Positions 9,201-17,809 are shown, counted from the first letter of the stretch. The stretch: DNA of 24,069 nt from Myxococcota bacterium (GCA_049322255.1 JBMORE010000133.1:62001-86069), one strand, 5' to 3'. The notes: generated by a model not told the origin, from the sequence alone. A program made the numbers and translations.

Positions 9201-12200
9201 TGCCCCAGGAGCGCGCCGCCCTGTGGCGCAAGGTCGCCGAGCTGTACGCCACCACCCTCGCCAACCCGGAGATGGGCTTCGTCAACGCCACCCGCGCGTT
9301 GCGCGAGGTGCCCGACGACGAGCGCTCGCTGGCGCTGTGCCTACAGCTGGTGGGCGCCGCCGACGCCTCCGACGAGCTGGCCGAGCTTCTGATGGAAGTC
9401 GCCCAGAAGGCTTCGGAGGACAAGGCCCGCGCCGCGCTCTACCGGACGTTGGCGAAGCTGCAGGTGGAGCGAGCCGAGCACGACGAGGCGGTCGAGAGTT
9501 GGAAGCGGGTGCTGGAGGTGCTCCCCAGCGATCCCGAGGCGCTCGACGCCATCGGCCGGCTGTTGGGCAAGCAGAACAAGGTGCCCGAGCTCTTGGAAAT
9601 CCTGCGCCGGCAGCTCTCCACCACCGAAGAGCCCGCGCGCCGCGCGAACCTCTTGTTTCAGATCGGGTCGCTGCAGGACGAGCACCAAAAAGACGCCATG
9701 GGGGCGCTGGCCACCTTCCGCCGCCTGCTCGAGCTTCGCCCCGACGACGCGCTGGCGCTTTCGCGCATGGACCAGCTGTGCGAAGAGCTGCAACGCTGGC
9801 CGGAGCTGGCCGACGTTCTTGCCAAGCGAATCTCACTCGCAGTCACCGACCCCAGCGTCGAGCTCAAGTTTCGCCTCGCCCAGGTGCGCGAGCTCAAGCT
9901 GTTGGACAAGGTGGGCGCGCTCGATCTCTACACCGAGATCCTCGCGCTGCAGCCGCAGCACCCCGGCGCCATCGGCCGCATGGAGGCGATCGCCGCCCGC
10001 GAGCCGCAAAACCAGGCCGCCGTCGACGTCTTGATGCGGGCCTACCGCGCCAACGGCGACCTCGCCAAGCTCGCCCAGCTCATCGAGGCGCGGGTGGCGG
10101 TGAGCGCCGACGCCTGGGAGCGCAAGACGTTGCTCTCCGAGCTGGCCACCTATCGCGAGACGCAAGAAGAGCCCGAGCTCGCTTACCTCGCGTTGTGGCG
10201 CGCGTACAAAGAAGACCCCAACGACGCCGACCTGCGCACCCGCCTTCAGCGCGCCGCCGACGCCGCCAAGGCCTACGACGAGCTGGCGACGGCCTACGAA
10301 GAAGAGCTGCCGCGCATCGCCGAGGCCGCCGACGCCGCCGAGGTGTGTCTGACGCTGGGCTACCTCTTCGACCAGAAGCTCTCCGAGCCGGAGAAGGCCG
10401 CCGCCTATTACGAGAAGGCCCGCGCGCTCGACCCCGCGGTGTGGAGCCGCGCGCTGCCCGCCCTCGATCGGCTCTACAACGTCATCGACAAGCCGGTGGA
10501 GCTGGCCGCGGTGCTCGAGGCGCTCGCCGCGCTCACCAGCGAGCCGCAGGAAAAGGTGGGGCTGCTCTTCCGTCTGGGGCAGCTGGCGGTGGAGCGGCTC
10601 GACAGCCCCGACCGCGCCGCCGCCGCGCTGGAGAAGATTCTCGAGCTCGCCCCCGACCATCTGCCCTCGGCGCGCCTGTTGGAGACGCTCTACGAGGCCG
10701 CGGGCCACCACGACAAGCTCTACGCCATTCTGGAAACGCAGCGCGACCTGGTCACCGGCCCAGAGAAAGAGCGCATTCTTTCCAAGATGGCGATCGTCTC
10801 GGCCGAGGGCCTGTCGGACGTCTCGCACTCCATCGAGCTCTACCGCGAGCTGCTCACCAAGAACCCGCGCAACGAGCAGGCCTTCGCCGCGTTGGACACG
10901 CTGCTCGAGCGCGGCGGCCGCTTCGAGGAGCTCAAAGGGCTTTTGGAGACGCGCGTGTCGCACACCATCGACCCGCGCGAGCTGGTGCGGCTCAACGATC
11001 GGCTGGGCCGGGTCGTTGGCACCATGCTCGACCGGCCGGAGGAGGCGATCGCCTACTTCAAGGCGGCCCTCGAGCGCGACGCGCGCCACAAGGGGGCCCT
11101 GGAGGCGCTCCAGGAGATCTACGAGAAGCTCGACCGCCCCGACGACCTGGTGATCGTCCTGCGCCGCCTGGTACCGCTGCAGGAGGGTGCCGAGGGGGTG
11201 AAGGCGATTCGCCTGCGTCTGGCCGAGGTGCTCGCCCAGATGAACCGCCGCGAGGAGGCGCTCGACGCCGCCCGCCGCGCCTTGGAGATCGAGCCGCACA
11301 ACCTCGCCGACTTGAACCGCGTCTTCGCCGTCTTCGACGAGCTTCGGGCGTACGGCGATGCGGTGCGTGCGCTCGAGCTGCGCGCGCAGGTCGAGCTGGG
11401 TCTGGAAGATCGTGAAGCGGCGGTGGCGACGCTCGTTCAGGTGGCCGACGTGTGGCGCGGGGTGGGGAACAAGCCGGAGGGCGCCGGCCCTGCGCTGGAG
11501 AAGGTGCTGGAGATCGACCCCGCCAACCGTTCTGCCTATGAGCAGACGACCGCGCTGTACTCTCAGGTCAACGACTGGCGCGCCTACGCACAGGTGGTCG
11601 ACCGGTACCTGCCCCACCTGGTCACCGACGAGGAAAAGCTGTCTGCCTTACGCGAGCTGGCCCGGGTGCAGGAGCAGAAGCTCGGGCAGAAAGACGTGGC
11701 CTTCCTCGCCATCTGCCGCGCGCTTCAGCTCAACCCCTCCGATCACACCATTCGCGAGGAGGTGGAGCGGCTGGCGGAGGACACCGGTTCGCACGAAGAG
11801 CTCGCCGCCGTCTACGAGGAGGTCGCCGACGGGCTGCCCCGAGGCCCACTGGCCGAGCGCATCTACCTGGTGCTGGCCAAGGTACACGACGAGAAGCTCG
11901 ACGACCCGGCCGCCGCCGAAGCGTCGCTGCGCAAGATTCTCGAGTTCGACCCCACCAACGAGCTCGCCCTCGACGCACTGGCAGGCATGTTCAGCCGCCG
12001 CGGGCGCGACAAGGAGTACGTGGTCTCGCTGGAGCAGAAGCTCGAGGCCGCAGGGTCGATAGAGAAGCGCAAGGAAATCTTGCGGGAGATCGGCCGGGTC
12101 TTCGACGAGCGCCTGGGAGACCCGCGCGAGGCCGCCTCGGCGCTCCTACGCGCGCTCGAGCTCGAGCCCGACTTCCAGACCCTCGACGAGCTGAGCGCGC

Positions 12201-15200
12201 TCTACCGGCGGCAAAAGGACTTCGCCAACGTCGCCGCCACGCTCTTGCGCGGGCGCGATTTGGCCCCCACCCCCGAGGAGCGCAGCCGCTTCCAGGCCGA
12301 AGTGGCGCAGGTCTACGAACGCGATCTGGCGGACGACGAGGCGGCGATCGACGCCTACCGGCAAGCGCTGGAGTTCGACCCCGCCAACAAGGTGGCCCTC
12401 GACGCCCTCGAGCAGCTCTACACCAAGCTCGATCGCCCCGCCGAGCTGCTCGCCGTCTACGAGCGGCAGCTCGAGCTGTCGCAAGACTGGCGCGAGCGGG
12501 TGAAGGTGCTCTTCAAGAGCGCCTCCATCTGGGAGGACCGCTACCAAAATCTGGGCAACGCCGACGCCTGCATCGAGGGCGTGCTCTCGATGGACCCGCA
12601 AAATCTCCAGGCGATCAAGACCCTGGAGCGGCTGCGCCGGGCGCAGGAGCGCTGGGAGGAGCTGATCGGCGTCTTGGGCCGCCACATCGAGCTGCTCACC
12701 CAGCCCGCAGAGCAGGCCGAGCTGTTCGTGGAGGTGGGCGACACCTACCACCAGCAGCTCAAACAGGTGGACCGCGCGGTGCAGGCCTATCACCAAGCGC
12801 TCGAGCTCAACCCGCGGTGCCGGTTGGCGATTCACGCCTTGGGCACGCTCTACGAGCGCAGCGGCAACTGGCCCTTCGCGTTGGACATGCTGCAGCGCGA
12901 GGCGCAGGTGGCCGGCACTACCGCCGACGCGGTCGAGCTGTACCACCGCATGGGGAAGATCAACGAGGACATGCTCCTCGACCCTGGCAGCGCCAAGGCC
13001 TGCTACCAGGATGCGCTGAAGATCAACCCGGGGTACCTACCGTGCATTCGCGCCCTCAAGGGCATTTACGAGATCGAGAAGGACTGGGGGGCCTTCGAGC
13101 GCGCGCTCGTGCAAGAAGCCGAACAGACCGAGGACCCCGAGGCGAAGAGCCGCGCGATGCTCGAGGTGGCGCGCTACCACGCCGAGTCCAAAGACGACCG
13201 CGACGCCGCCACCTCCTGGTACGAAGAGGCCTTGCGGCTGGTGCCCGACTCGTTCGACGCCGCCCGCCCGCTCGCCGACATCTACATCGCCAAGGAGAAT
13301 TGGGAAGGCGCCGAGAGAATGCTGGACATCGTCGCGGTCAAGATGGCCGAGCGCGCGGTCGACCAGCAGGACGAGCAGCTGGCCAAGGACCTCTGCCGCC
13401 AGCTCTACCGGCTGGGCTACGTCGCCGAGAAGCTCTCCAACAAAGACAAGGCGCTCAAGAGCTACGAGAAGTCCTACCAGCTCGACGCCACCTACCTGCC
13501 CGCGCTCGAGGGGCTGGGCAACCTCCTGGTGCAGGCCGGCCGCCACGAGGAGGCGCTCAAGGTCTACTCGACCATTCTCATTCACCACCGCGACGACCTC
13601 ACCGACCTCGAGGTGGTGGAGATCTATTGGCAGCTGGGTGACATTCACCTGGCGCTGCAGCAGCTCGATCGCGCCCAGAACCACTTCGAAAAGGCGCTGG
13701 CGATCGACCCCACGCACGAGCCGTCGTTGCGCTCGCTCGTCAAGCTCGCCGACGGCGCTCAGAAGTGGGACCGGGCCGCCGAGTACCGCCAGAGCCTCAC
13801 CCAGGTGCTCGACGGAGAGGCCAAGTTCGCCGTCTGCCTGGAGCTGGGCCAGCTCGCCCGCGAAAAGCTCGCTGATGCCTACATGGCGATCGACGCCTAC
13901 CAGGCGGCGCACAAGATCGACCCCGCCTCGCTCGAGGTGATGGACGCGCTCTACGTCCTCTACCGCGAGACCAAACAGGGAGTGAAGGCCGCGGAGGTCC
14001 TGGAGAAGATGCTCGCGCAGCCCTCGCTGCAGGCCGACCCGCAGAGGGCCAAGAGAGTCTACTTCGCCCTGGGAGAGATGTGCCGCGACGAGCTCAAGGA
14101 GGTCGACCGCGCGGTGGTCGCCTTCAATGCCGCCCTCGACGCCGACTTCCGCTTCATCGAGGCGTTCAGCGCGATCGAGGCGCTGTTGGGCCAGCACAAG
14201 CAGTGGAAGGTGCTGGAAGAGAACTACGCCCGCATGGTGCAGCGCCTGCCCAAGACCGAGGAGACGCACACCGCCCGCATGAGCCTGTGGCGCGCGATGG
14301 GTGACCTCTACCTACGGGTGATGAAGAACCCCGAAGGGGCCCTGATGGCTTACCAGGTGGTGGCGGCGGGGCTCCCCGACGACTCCTCGGTGCAGGAGGC
14401 CTACGCCGAGCTCGCCGCTGCGCACCCAGGCCATGAGGAGAAGGCGATCGCCGCCTATCGCCGCGCGCTGACACAGACCGGAAACCCCGGCAAGGTGGCC
14501 TCGGCGCTCGCCGAGCTCGCCGCCCGCCGCAAAGACTACGACTCGGCGTGGCTCGCCGCCCAAGTCTCCAGTGGACTGATCGGGCAGGCTGGGCCCGGAG
14601 AGCGCGAGATTCTCACCAAGCTCACTCCCTACGCGAAGAAGAAGGAGGTCGCTTCGCGCGCGCTCACCGACCGGCTGTGGCAGAGCCACCTGTTCCATCC
14701 CAAAATCCGCGGGCCGATCTCCGAGCTGATGGCCATCCTCTTCGAGCAGGCGGGGCACCTGTACCATGAGGACTTCGCCAAGTACCAAATCAACCCGCGC
14801 AAGCACCTCATCGACGTCGCCTCGGCCCAGGAGTACCAGATCCACCACTTCCGCTACGTGGCCCGCCTGTTGGGCATGGAGCAGGTGGCGCTCTTCTCGC
14901 CGTTCTTGGTGGCCACCCGCGAGCGGCTGGCGAAGCGCTCGAGCGAGCCGGCGCCGGAGCCGATGGTGGGCGTCGAGATCTGCCACACGCACCCGGTGGC
15001 GCTCAAAGTCGGCGGAAAGTTCTTCTCCGAGACCGGGCAGAAAGAGACCTACTACCTCTTGGGACGCACGATGGCGCTCTTACGCCCCGAGCTGGCGCTC
15101 TCCCATCAACTGCCCGCGCAGCGCCTGGAAGCCGTCTTTCAGGCGGCGATCAGCCTCTCGGTGAACACCTTCCGCTTCAGCGCCGACCCGCGCGCCATCG

Positions 15201-15529
15201 ACACCGAGCGGCGGGCGTTGGAGAAGGCCTTGCCCGAGCAGGCGCGGGGCGCGCTCGCCCGCGTCACCCGTGAGTACGTCAAGGCCGCGACTCCCCAGGA
15301 CTTGCGCAACTACCTCGAGGGCGCCGAGCTCTCCGCGGTGCGCACCGGCCTGTTCGTCGCCGGGGAGATCGAACCGGTGAAGAAGATGGTGCTGGGAGAG
15401 AGCGGCGCCGCCTATCGCGTGCAGGCACGCTCGAAAATCCGCGACTTGATGGTCTTTGCCCTCTCCGAAGACCTACATGCCCTCCGGGTGGCGGTGGGCA
15501 CCCACGTCGAGGTTCAGGTTCGGCGATAG
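3248..15529 (+). CDS. gltI: Giant TPR-repeat gliding motility protein GltI (AgmK)
   Basis: 4093-aa uninterrupted ORF with dozens of TPR-like units (A...Y..AL..DP.N..AL..L..LY). No signal peptide. Lies directly upstream of gltJ, as in the M. xanthus G1 cluster. Confidence 0.9.
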   Translation: MASNETRAQRGPEDKPFVEMEASLEKSGRVEELIRLYESRSHEVPSADEAAHLLSLAGELARDRLKNHARAEELYRRALGAQPASREALDGLRALYEQRQDFAALAEVLERLASLIGGAMAASLYLKAADLHEQKLSRRDRAVLCCQRASRAEPKERLSFRRARVLFLAEGRTRPAFDSLERERAALGDREMAEEYIAFAEQLQDDPTEQGVALQALDIALKLDPKNPRAEKAQKAIGKLEHEWRSRVRDLRAASLEERDRKTAARLSLLVAKLNAWYDSEAKGKVKEALDRCFLLWPAMPDALTFVEKLAEKEGDFTSAAKQLEKMAAAAKDKPAQVDLWLRLGTLELSRLNPPDRAAALAAFEKATKLDPSRADAASLAAELFIEESRGKDAVAVLEAHLATVKDQHTRVGLHLRLADLCQLHLKDEAGARAHLESALKLEPANAQAAFRLARIFADAGELAHLWPLMELAVTAPRPVSERVAFCENVAMLFDEAEEAGKAFEALALALVLEPERPMLLSSTLESAKKASAEQALAVTLRRAALVASPEAATALWRSLAQLCESPLSRPDEAEGAWLEVLKHAPGDPAATEALAALKRSTADGEPTEPRAKLLAEAKKLEASAADPAAAAAVYRQLLTLQPDDVPTLKRLGSAAAALSQWEEVATVAERLMALAETLPERQEWRCRLAQLYAERLARKEEAARLYLNLLAEGIASAAVVGGLERLASEGVRQGDISKALAPHYAKGGDYQRQVASLLVQLSTVQGKEEQKGLLSLLADTSEKHLLDSRGAFDFRLRGLTVDPADSAFRAEAVRLARFLSAHAELGRFLLELGGKVADAGLAASLMQEAAELAEEGGAIDDAATALKAALDKSADHPEILARLVQLYLRAHRFADCDQVLRRRILVAETEEKPSLYLQLAEVNAELSRPREAAQAILEAIKAGADEEENLPRLSQLLEQGGRLGELSDVLGRMIELAEQKGDKDRAGNLSLRRAQLLEASLGDKAEAVRKYSEVLAQRPSDPDALAALEHLLTDPVCREEAARGLVPAYEAVKEHRKLVAALGIIADAAQDSLEKVLALKQAAYIHTHHLRQPDQAFAALASALRLSPGDEGVRHAARAAAEDADAVDLYAEVVSELVDGEAAASAIALHKELAEVYEKKLSNRPAAVEQLRRVLGIEPKNAEALKALARLHRADEQWAALADVLETLAAVTADPGEKIALWREVATLADQRLEDVERAAAAFRQIAAYDVLDREAACALDRLYSALDKPKELAFALELRRNQEGQSPQGRELAFRLAQLRHDKLDDQPGALQLYRQILGEDPAHQGTRDTLEVWARQAAAESGAAMEILDPVLARFGDHAKRIALREARMEAASQTERARLRSEIRAIFERDLGQPQAAFMAALKAFTEGLDRDSIRPDLERLARETGSFEDLAEIYESCAGELLPGDPQTVPLLRRAGEIREQLGQFDDAVRVWKELLGEAPQDRQALDALSRLYERSHNAKNLSEVYAKKAQLASDPAERLELLLKAGAAFEEAGADDAAIEAFKRAHAIKKGEESLVALDRLFGRTKRFSEQADVLDQLTELSADPEAKRAYVLRRAQLLEKEGRAAEAISAYAIALELFAQEPTAVAGLERLLAVDQARLEAARLLEPRYRQQNDRKKLVEVLDVRLGAADPSSRMQLLTEVATLREALGQKALAFAARLRAFAEQPEDKEAREELERLAADTGAFEELAAAYEDQLERGVTPTLAEDLWRRLAVVYGDRLSRSDLAARAWAEVHQRDPKNLFVLDALARIYRKTSAFKDLAVVMKKQIALEPNLEAQVNLLFELANLAEETLSDKALAAQCYQEVLERKHDDPNAIKFLGRVLLETERYPELAQLIGREVQLAEGRGATEEAFDLMVRLGRLKLSRLGDARGALTLFQEILQRRPDHAGAVGALEEMARSESNLRGEAATALEPVFAHHGDHLKLVQMLESRASAETVPQERAALWRKVAELYATTLANPEMGFVNATRALREVPDDERSLALCLQLVGAADASDELAELLMEVAQKASEDKARAALYRTLAKLQVERAEHDEAVESWKRVLEVLPSDPEALDAIGRLLGKQNKVPELLEILRRQLSTTEEPARRANLLFQIGSLQDEHQKDAMGALATFRRLLELRPDDALALSRMDQLCEELQRWPELADVLAKRISLAVTDPSVELKFRLAQVRELKLLDKVGALDLYTEILALQPQHPGAIGRMEAIAAREPQNQAAVDVLMRAYRANGDLAKLAQLIEARVAVSADAWERKTLLSELATYRETQEEPELAYLALWRAYKEDPNDADLRTRLQRAADAAKAYDELATAYEEELPRIAEAADAAEVCLTLGYLFDQKLSEPEKAAAYYEKARALDPAVWSRALPALDRLYNVIDKPVELAAVLEALAALTSEPQEKVGLLFRLGQLAVERLDSPDRAAAALEKILELAPDHLPSARLLETLYEAAGHHDKLYAILETQRDLVTGPEKERILSKMAIVSAEGLSDVSHSIELYRELLTKNPRNEQAFAALDTLLERGGRFEELKGLLETRVSHTIDPRELVRLNDRLGRVVGTMLDRPEEAIAYFKAALERDARHKGALEALQEIYEKLDRPDDLVIVLRRLVPLQEGAEGVKAIRLRLAEVLAQMNRREEALDAARRALEIEPHNLADLNRVFAVFDELRAYGDAVRALELRAQVELGLEDREAAVATLVQVADVWRGVGNKPEGAGPALEKVLEIDPANRSAYEQTTALYSQVNDWRAYAQVVDRYLPHLVTDEEKLSALRELARVQEQKLGQKDVAFLAICRALQLNPSDHTIREEVERLAEDTGSHEELAAVYEEVADGLPRGPLAERIYLVLAKVHDEKLDDPAAAEASLRKILEFDPTNELALDALAGMFSRRGRDKEYVVSLEQKLEAAGSIEKRKEILREIGRVFDERLGDPREAASALLRALELEPDFQTLDELSALYRRQKDFANVAATLLRGRDLAPTPEERSRFQAEVAQVYERDLADDEAAIDAYRQALEFDPANKVALDALEQLYTKLDRPAELLAVYERQLELSQDWRERVKVLFKSASIWEDRYQNLGNADACIEGVLSMDPQNLQAIKTLERLRRAQERWEELIGVLGRHIELLTQPAEQAELFVEVGDTYHQQLKQVDRAVQAYHQALELNPRCRLAIHALGTLYERSGNWPFALDMLQREAQVAGTTADAVELYHRMGKINEDMLLDPGSAKACYQDALKINPGYLPCIRALKGIYEIEKDWGAFERALVQEAEQTEDPEAKSRAMLEVARYHAESKDDRDAATSWYEEALRLVPDSFDAARPLADIYIAKENWEGAERMLDIVAVKMAERAVDQQDEQLAKDLCRQLYRLGYVAEKLSNKDKALKSYEKSYQLDATYLPALEGLGNLLVQAGRHEEALKVYSTILIHHRDDLTDLEVVEIYWQLGDIHLALQQLDRAQNHFEKALAIDPTHEPSLRSLVKLADGAQKWDRAAEYRQSLTQVLDGEAKFAVCLELGQLAREKLADAYMAIDAYQAAHKIDPASLEVMDALYVLYRETKQGVKAAEVLEKMLAQPSLQADPQRAKRVYFALGEMCRDELKEVDRAVVAFNAALDADFRFIEAFSAIEALLGQHKQWKVLEENYARMVQRLPKTEETHTARMSLWRAMGDLYLRVMKNPEGALMAYQVVAAGLPDDSSVQEAYAELAAAHPGHEEKAIAAYRRALTQTGNPGKVASALAELAARRKDYDSAWLAAQVSSGLIGQAGPGEREILTKLTPYAKKKEVASRALTDRLWQSHLFHPKIRGPISELMAILFEQAGHLYHEDFAKYQINPRKHLIDVASAQEYQIHHFRYVARLLGMEQVALFSPFLVATRERLAKRSSEPAPEPMVGVEICHTHPVALKVGGKFFSETGQKETYYLLGRTMALLRPELALSHQLPAQRLEAVFQAAISLSVNTFRFSADPRAIDTERRALEKALPEQARGALARVTREYVKAATPQDLRNYLEGAELSAVRTGLFVAGEIEPVKKMVLGESGAAYRVQARSKIRDLMVFALSEDLHALRVAVGTHVEVQVRR

Positions 15530-15589
15530 GTTTTGGAACCCGCCCCCGTCGTTCGGCGTCGGAGATCTCCAAATGGAGGGGTCATCTGC

Positions 15590-15618
15590 TTGACCCCCCC
15601 ACCTATGACCTCTACGAT
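15590..15618 (+). promoter_or_regulatory. Candidate sigma70-type promoter for gltJ, overlapped by the palindrome GGGGTCA-N6-TGACCCC (15578-15597)
   Basis: TTGACC-N17-TACGAT, ending 47 nt upstream of the ATG at 15666. Confidence 0.55.
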
Positions 15619-15665
15619 TTTGATGGTTTGTGTGCCTTTGACCCCCTGTTTCGCCCTCGTGGGGA

Positions 15666-17645
15666 ATGATGCGCTTCGTCTGTGACAGCTGCCGCGCGCA
15701 GTACATGATCAGCGACGAGAAGGTCGGCGCCAAGGGCGTCAAGGTTCGCTGCAAGAAGTGCGGGTTCGTCATCCTGGTTCGGCGCGCCGAAGCGGCCATC
15801 GCGGCGCCCCCGCCCGACCCCGACGACGGCATGGCGACCCAGGTGATGCAGCTGCCCATCGGGGCGCCGCCCAACTTCGACCCCGACGCCACCAGCCCCA
15901 ACGTCCACGCTCCCAAGGCGAAAGGCCCCTTGGGCGCGGTGGGCGAGGACGAAATCGGCGCGGTGTTCGACCAGGTGCTCAACTCCGGCACGCACGGGCT
16001 CCCGGAAGAGGAAAACGGCGCCGCCAAGCCTGCCCCTTCCACGCTGGACGACGACGACGACGACGACGATCGCCAGAGCACCCGCATTCTCGACCCGGAC
16101 ATGGTGAAGAAGCTCGCCTTGGAGGCGGGTGCAAGCGCCAGTGAGGCGGCTGCGAAGCCCACCAATGGGGAGGAGCCCTCTCACGATTGGTTCGTCGCCA
16201 TCGACGAAAAGCAAGTCGGGCCGGTCTCGGTGGAGAAGCTCAAGGACCACTGGAACCGCGGGGAGATCGGCCCAGACTCGTTGTGCTGGCGGGCGGGGTT
16301 CTCCGACTGGTTGCCTCTCTCCGAGGTCGCCGAGCTGACTTCGGTGCTGGCCCCGCGGCCCGCCAAGCCCGTCATCGTCGCCCCGGCCCCTGCGGCCGCG
16401 GTGGTCTCGGTACCGATCGAGAGTGCCTTCTCCGCCGGAGGAGTCGCCAAGAGCGTGCGCGGGGAGATGCAGGTGCCGCTGGCCGCCGCCCCCGTCGAAG
16501 AGACCTCCGGTGGGTGGAAGCCCTCGGCCGCTTCGGCACTTGCCTCGCTGGCGAAGGAGGAGATCGCAGCGCTGACCCGGCCCCCGTCCAAGGCGTCCGA
16601 GCCGGCGCATGGAGAGGACGTGCCGCTTCCCATGGCAGGCGGGTTGCTCGACCTGCCCGCGGCGGAGGAAAAGCCCGCTGGCAACGGCAAGCACAACGGC
16701 GCGCATGCGGCGCCGGCGATCGCCGAGCGGCCAGTGGCCAACCCGTACGTCGCGCCTCCGCCGACGTATAGCTCTCCGGGGTACTCGACCTACAGGCCGC
16801 CTTCGCGCAACAACCTGCTCATTGGCTTGGCGATCGGCGGGGCGGTGCTGGTGCTGGGGCTCATCACCCTCATCGTGTACCTCCTCGTTCGGCAGCCGGT
16901 GTACGTGCAGCCGCCGGTGCCGAGTCAGCCGGTGGCGGTGGCTCCGCCCGTGCAGCCAGCGCAGTCGGCCGTCACTCCGCCTTCCGTGGCCACTCCGCCT
17001 GCTGCGGTTGCTGCGCCGCCTGCCGCTGCTCCGCCGACATCGCCTCAGCAGCCTGCGGCTTCCCCCACCCCCATCAAGTCCACGGCCCAACCCGGGGAGC
17101 GCCCGCCGGTCAAGTCGCCGCGCACCATCTCTGGAGGCCGCGACAGCTCGGGCGGGGGCAGCGAGATCATCGCCCCTCCCAAGCAACCGGATAGGCCTGC
17201 CCCTAGCGGCGGACGCGGGGGTGACGAGGACGATTTCTGCAAAGAGTTCGGTGGGTGCGAGAAGACCGAACCCTCCAAAACCAGAGAGCCATCTGGAGGT
17301 GGCAGAGGCAATTCGCGGTCGGTCTACGTCCCGCCCGCGCCCGGCTCAGGCGGCGACCTTCCCGAGAAGCTCAACGAGTCCGACATCTTTCAGGTGGTGT
17401 TGGGGAACAAACCCGCGCTGGTTCGCTGTGTCGAAGAGCAGCGTAAGAAGGAACCCGGTGTCTCCGGCACCCTGATGATGCAGTGGACCATTCAGACCAA
17501 TGGCAGAACCTCGAACGTGCGGGTGCTCACCGACGAGTTCAAGAACAGCTACATGGCCACCTGCATGGGTGGGCTGATCAAAAGGTGGAGCTTCCCCAAG
17601 CACCGGGCGCAAGGCGAACCGGTGAAGTTCCCGTTCAAGTTCTGA
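15666..17645 (+). CDS. gltJ: Adventurous gliding motility protein GltJ (AgmX): zinc ribbon, GYF_2 domain, TM helix, TonB-C-like domain
   Basis: N-terminal MRFVCDSCRAQYMISDEKVGAKGVKVRCKKCG zinc ribbon. GYF_2 motif WFVAIDEKQVGP...LCWRAGFSDWLPLSEV. One TM helix (LLIGLAIGGAVLVLGLITLIVYLLV), a Pro-rich stalk and a C-terminal ...IKRWSFPKH...VKFPFKF. Start may be the ATG at 15669. Confidence 0.92.
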   Translation: MMRFVCDSCRAQYMISDEKVGAKGVKVRCKKCGFVILVRRAEAAIAAPPPDPDDGMATQVMQLPIGAPPNFDPDATSPNVHAPKAKGPLGAVGEDEIGAVFDQVLNSGTHGLPEEENGAAKPAPSTLDDDDDDDDRQSTRILDPDMVKKLALEAGASASEAAAKPTNGEEPSHDWFVAIDEKQVGPVSVEKLKDHWNRGEIGPDSLCWRAGFSDWLPLSEVAELTSVLAPRPAKPVIVAPAPAAAVVSVPIESAFSAGGVAKSVRGEMQVPLAAAPVEETSGGWKPSAASALASLAKEEIAALTRPPSKASEPAHGEDVPLPMAGGLLDLPAAEEKPAGNGKHNGAHAAPAIAERPVANPYVAPPPTYSSPGYSTYRPPSRNNLLIGLAIGGAVLVLGLITLIVYLLVRQPVYVQPPVPSQPVAVAPPVQPAQSAVTPPSVATPPAAVAAPPAAAPPTSPQQPAASPTPIKSTAQPGERPPVKSPRTISGGRDSSGGGSEIIAPPKQPDRPAPSGGRGGDEDDFCKEFGGCEKTEPSKTREPSGGGRGNSRSVYVPPAPGSGGDLPEKLNESDIFQVVLGNKPALVRCVEEQRKKEPGVSGTLMMQWTIQTNGRTSNVRVLTDEFKNSYMATCMGGLIKRWSFPKHRAQGEPVKFPFKF

Positions 17646-17780
17646 CACGTATGCCCTGACGGCGGTGTCTGGTCTCGAGGCGGGACAGGGGCGCTCCATG
17701 GGCGCCACCCCTCAAAGAAACGCGGCCTTGGCCTGTTCCGTTGGGTGCGCTTCTTGCCCTTCCGAGGGAGTCAACTTTCG

Positions 17781-17809
17781 TTGACACCCCGGATCGTCGG
17801 GGCAAGACT
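17781..17809 (+). promoter_or_regulatory. Candidate promoter of the Cys-rich lipoprotein gene, overlapped by the palindrome GTCAAC-N4-GTTGAC (17770-17785)
   Basis: Perfect -35 TTGACA, 17-nt spacer and a weak -10 AAGACT. Shine-Dalgarno GGAGGA at 17847-17852. Confidence 0.4.

Noticed and set aside
7675..11415. 1246-aa alternative-frame ORF inside gltI (also 2683..5010 and 6897..8000)
   Set aside because: Arg/Pro/Gly/Ala-rich shadow frames expected from high GC3 coding sequence, with no recognisable motifs.
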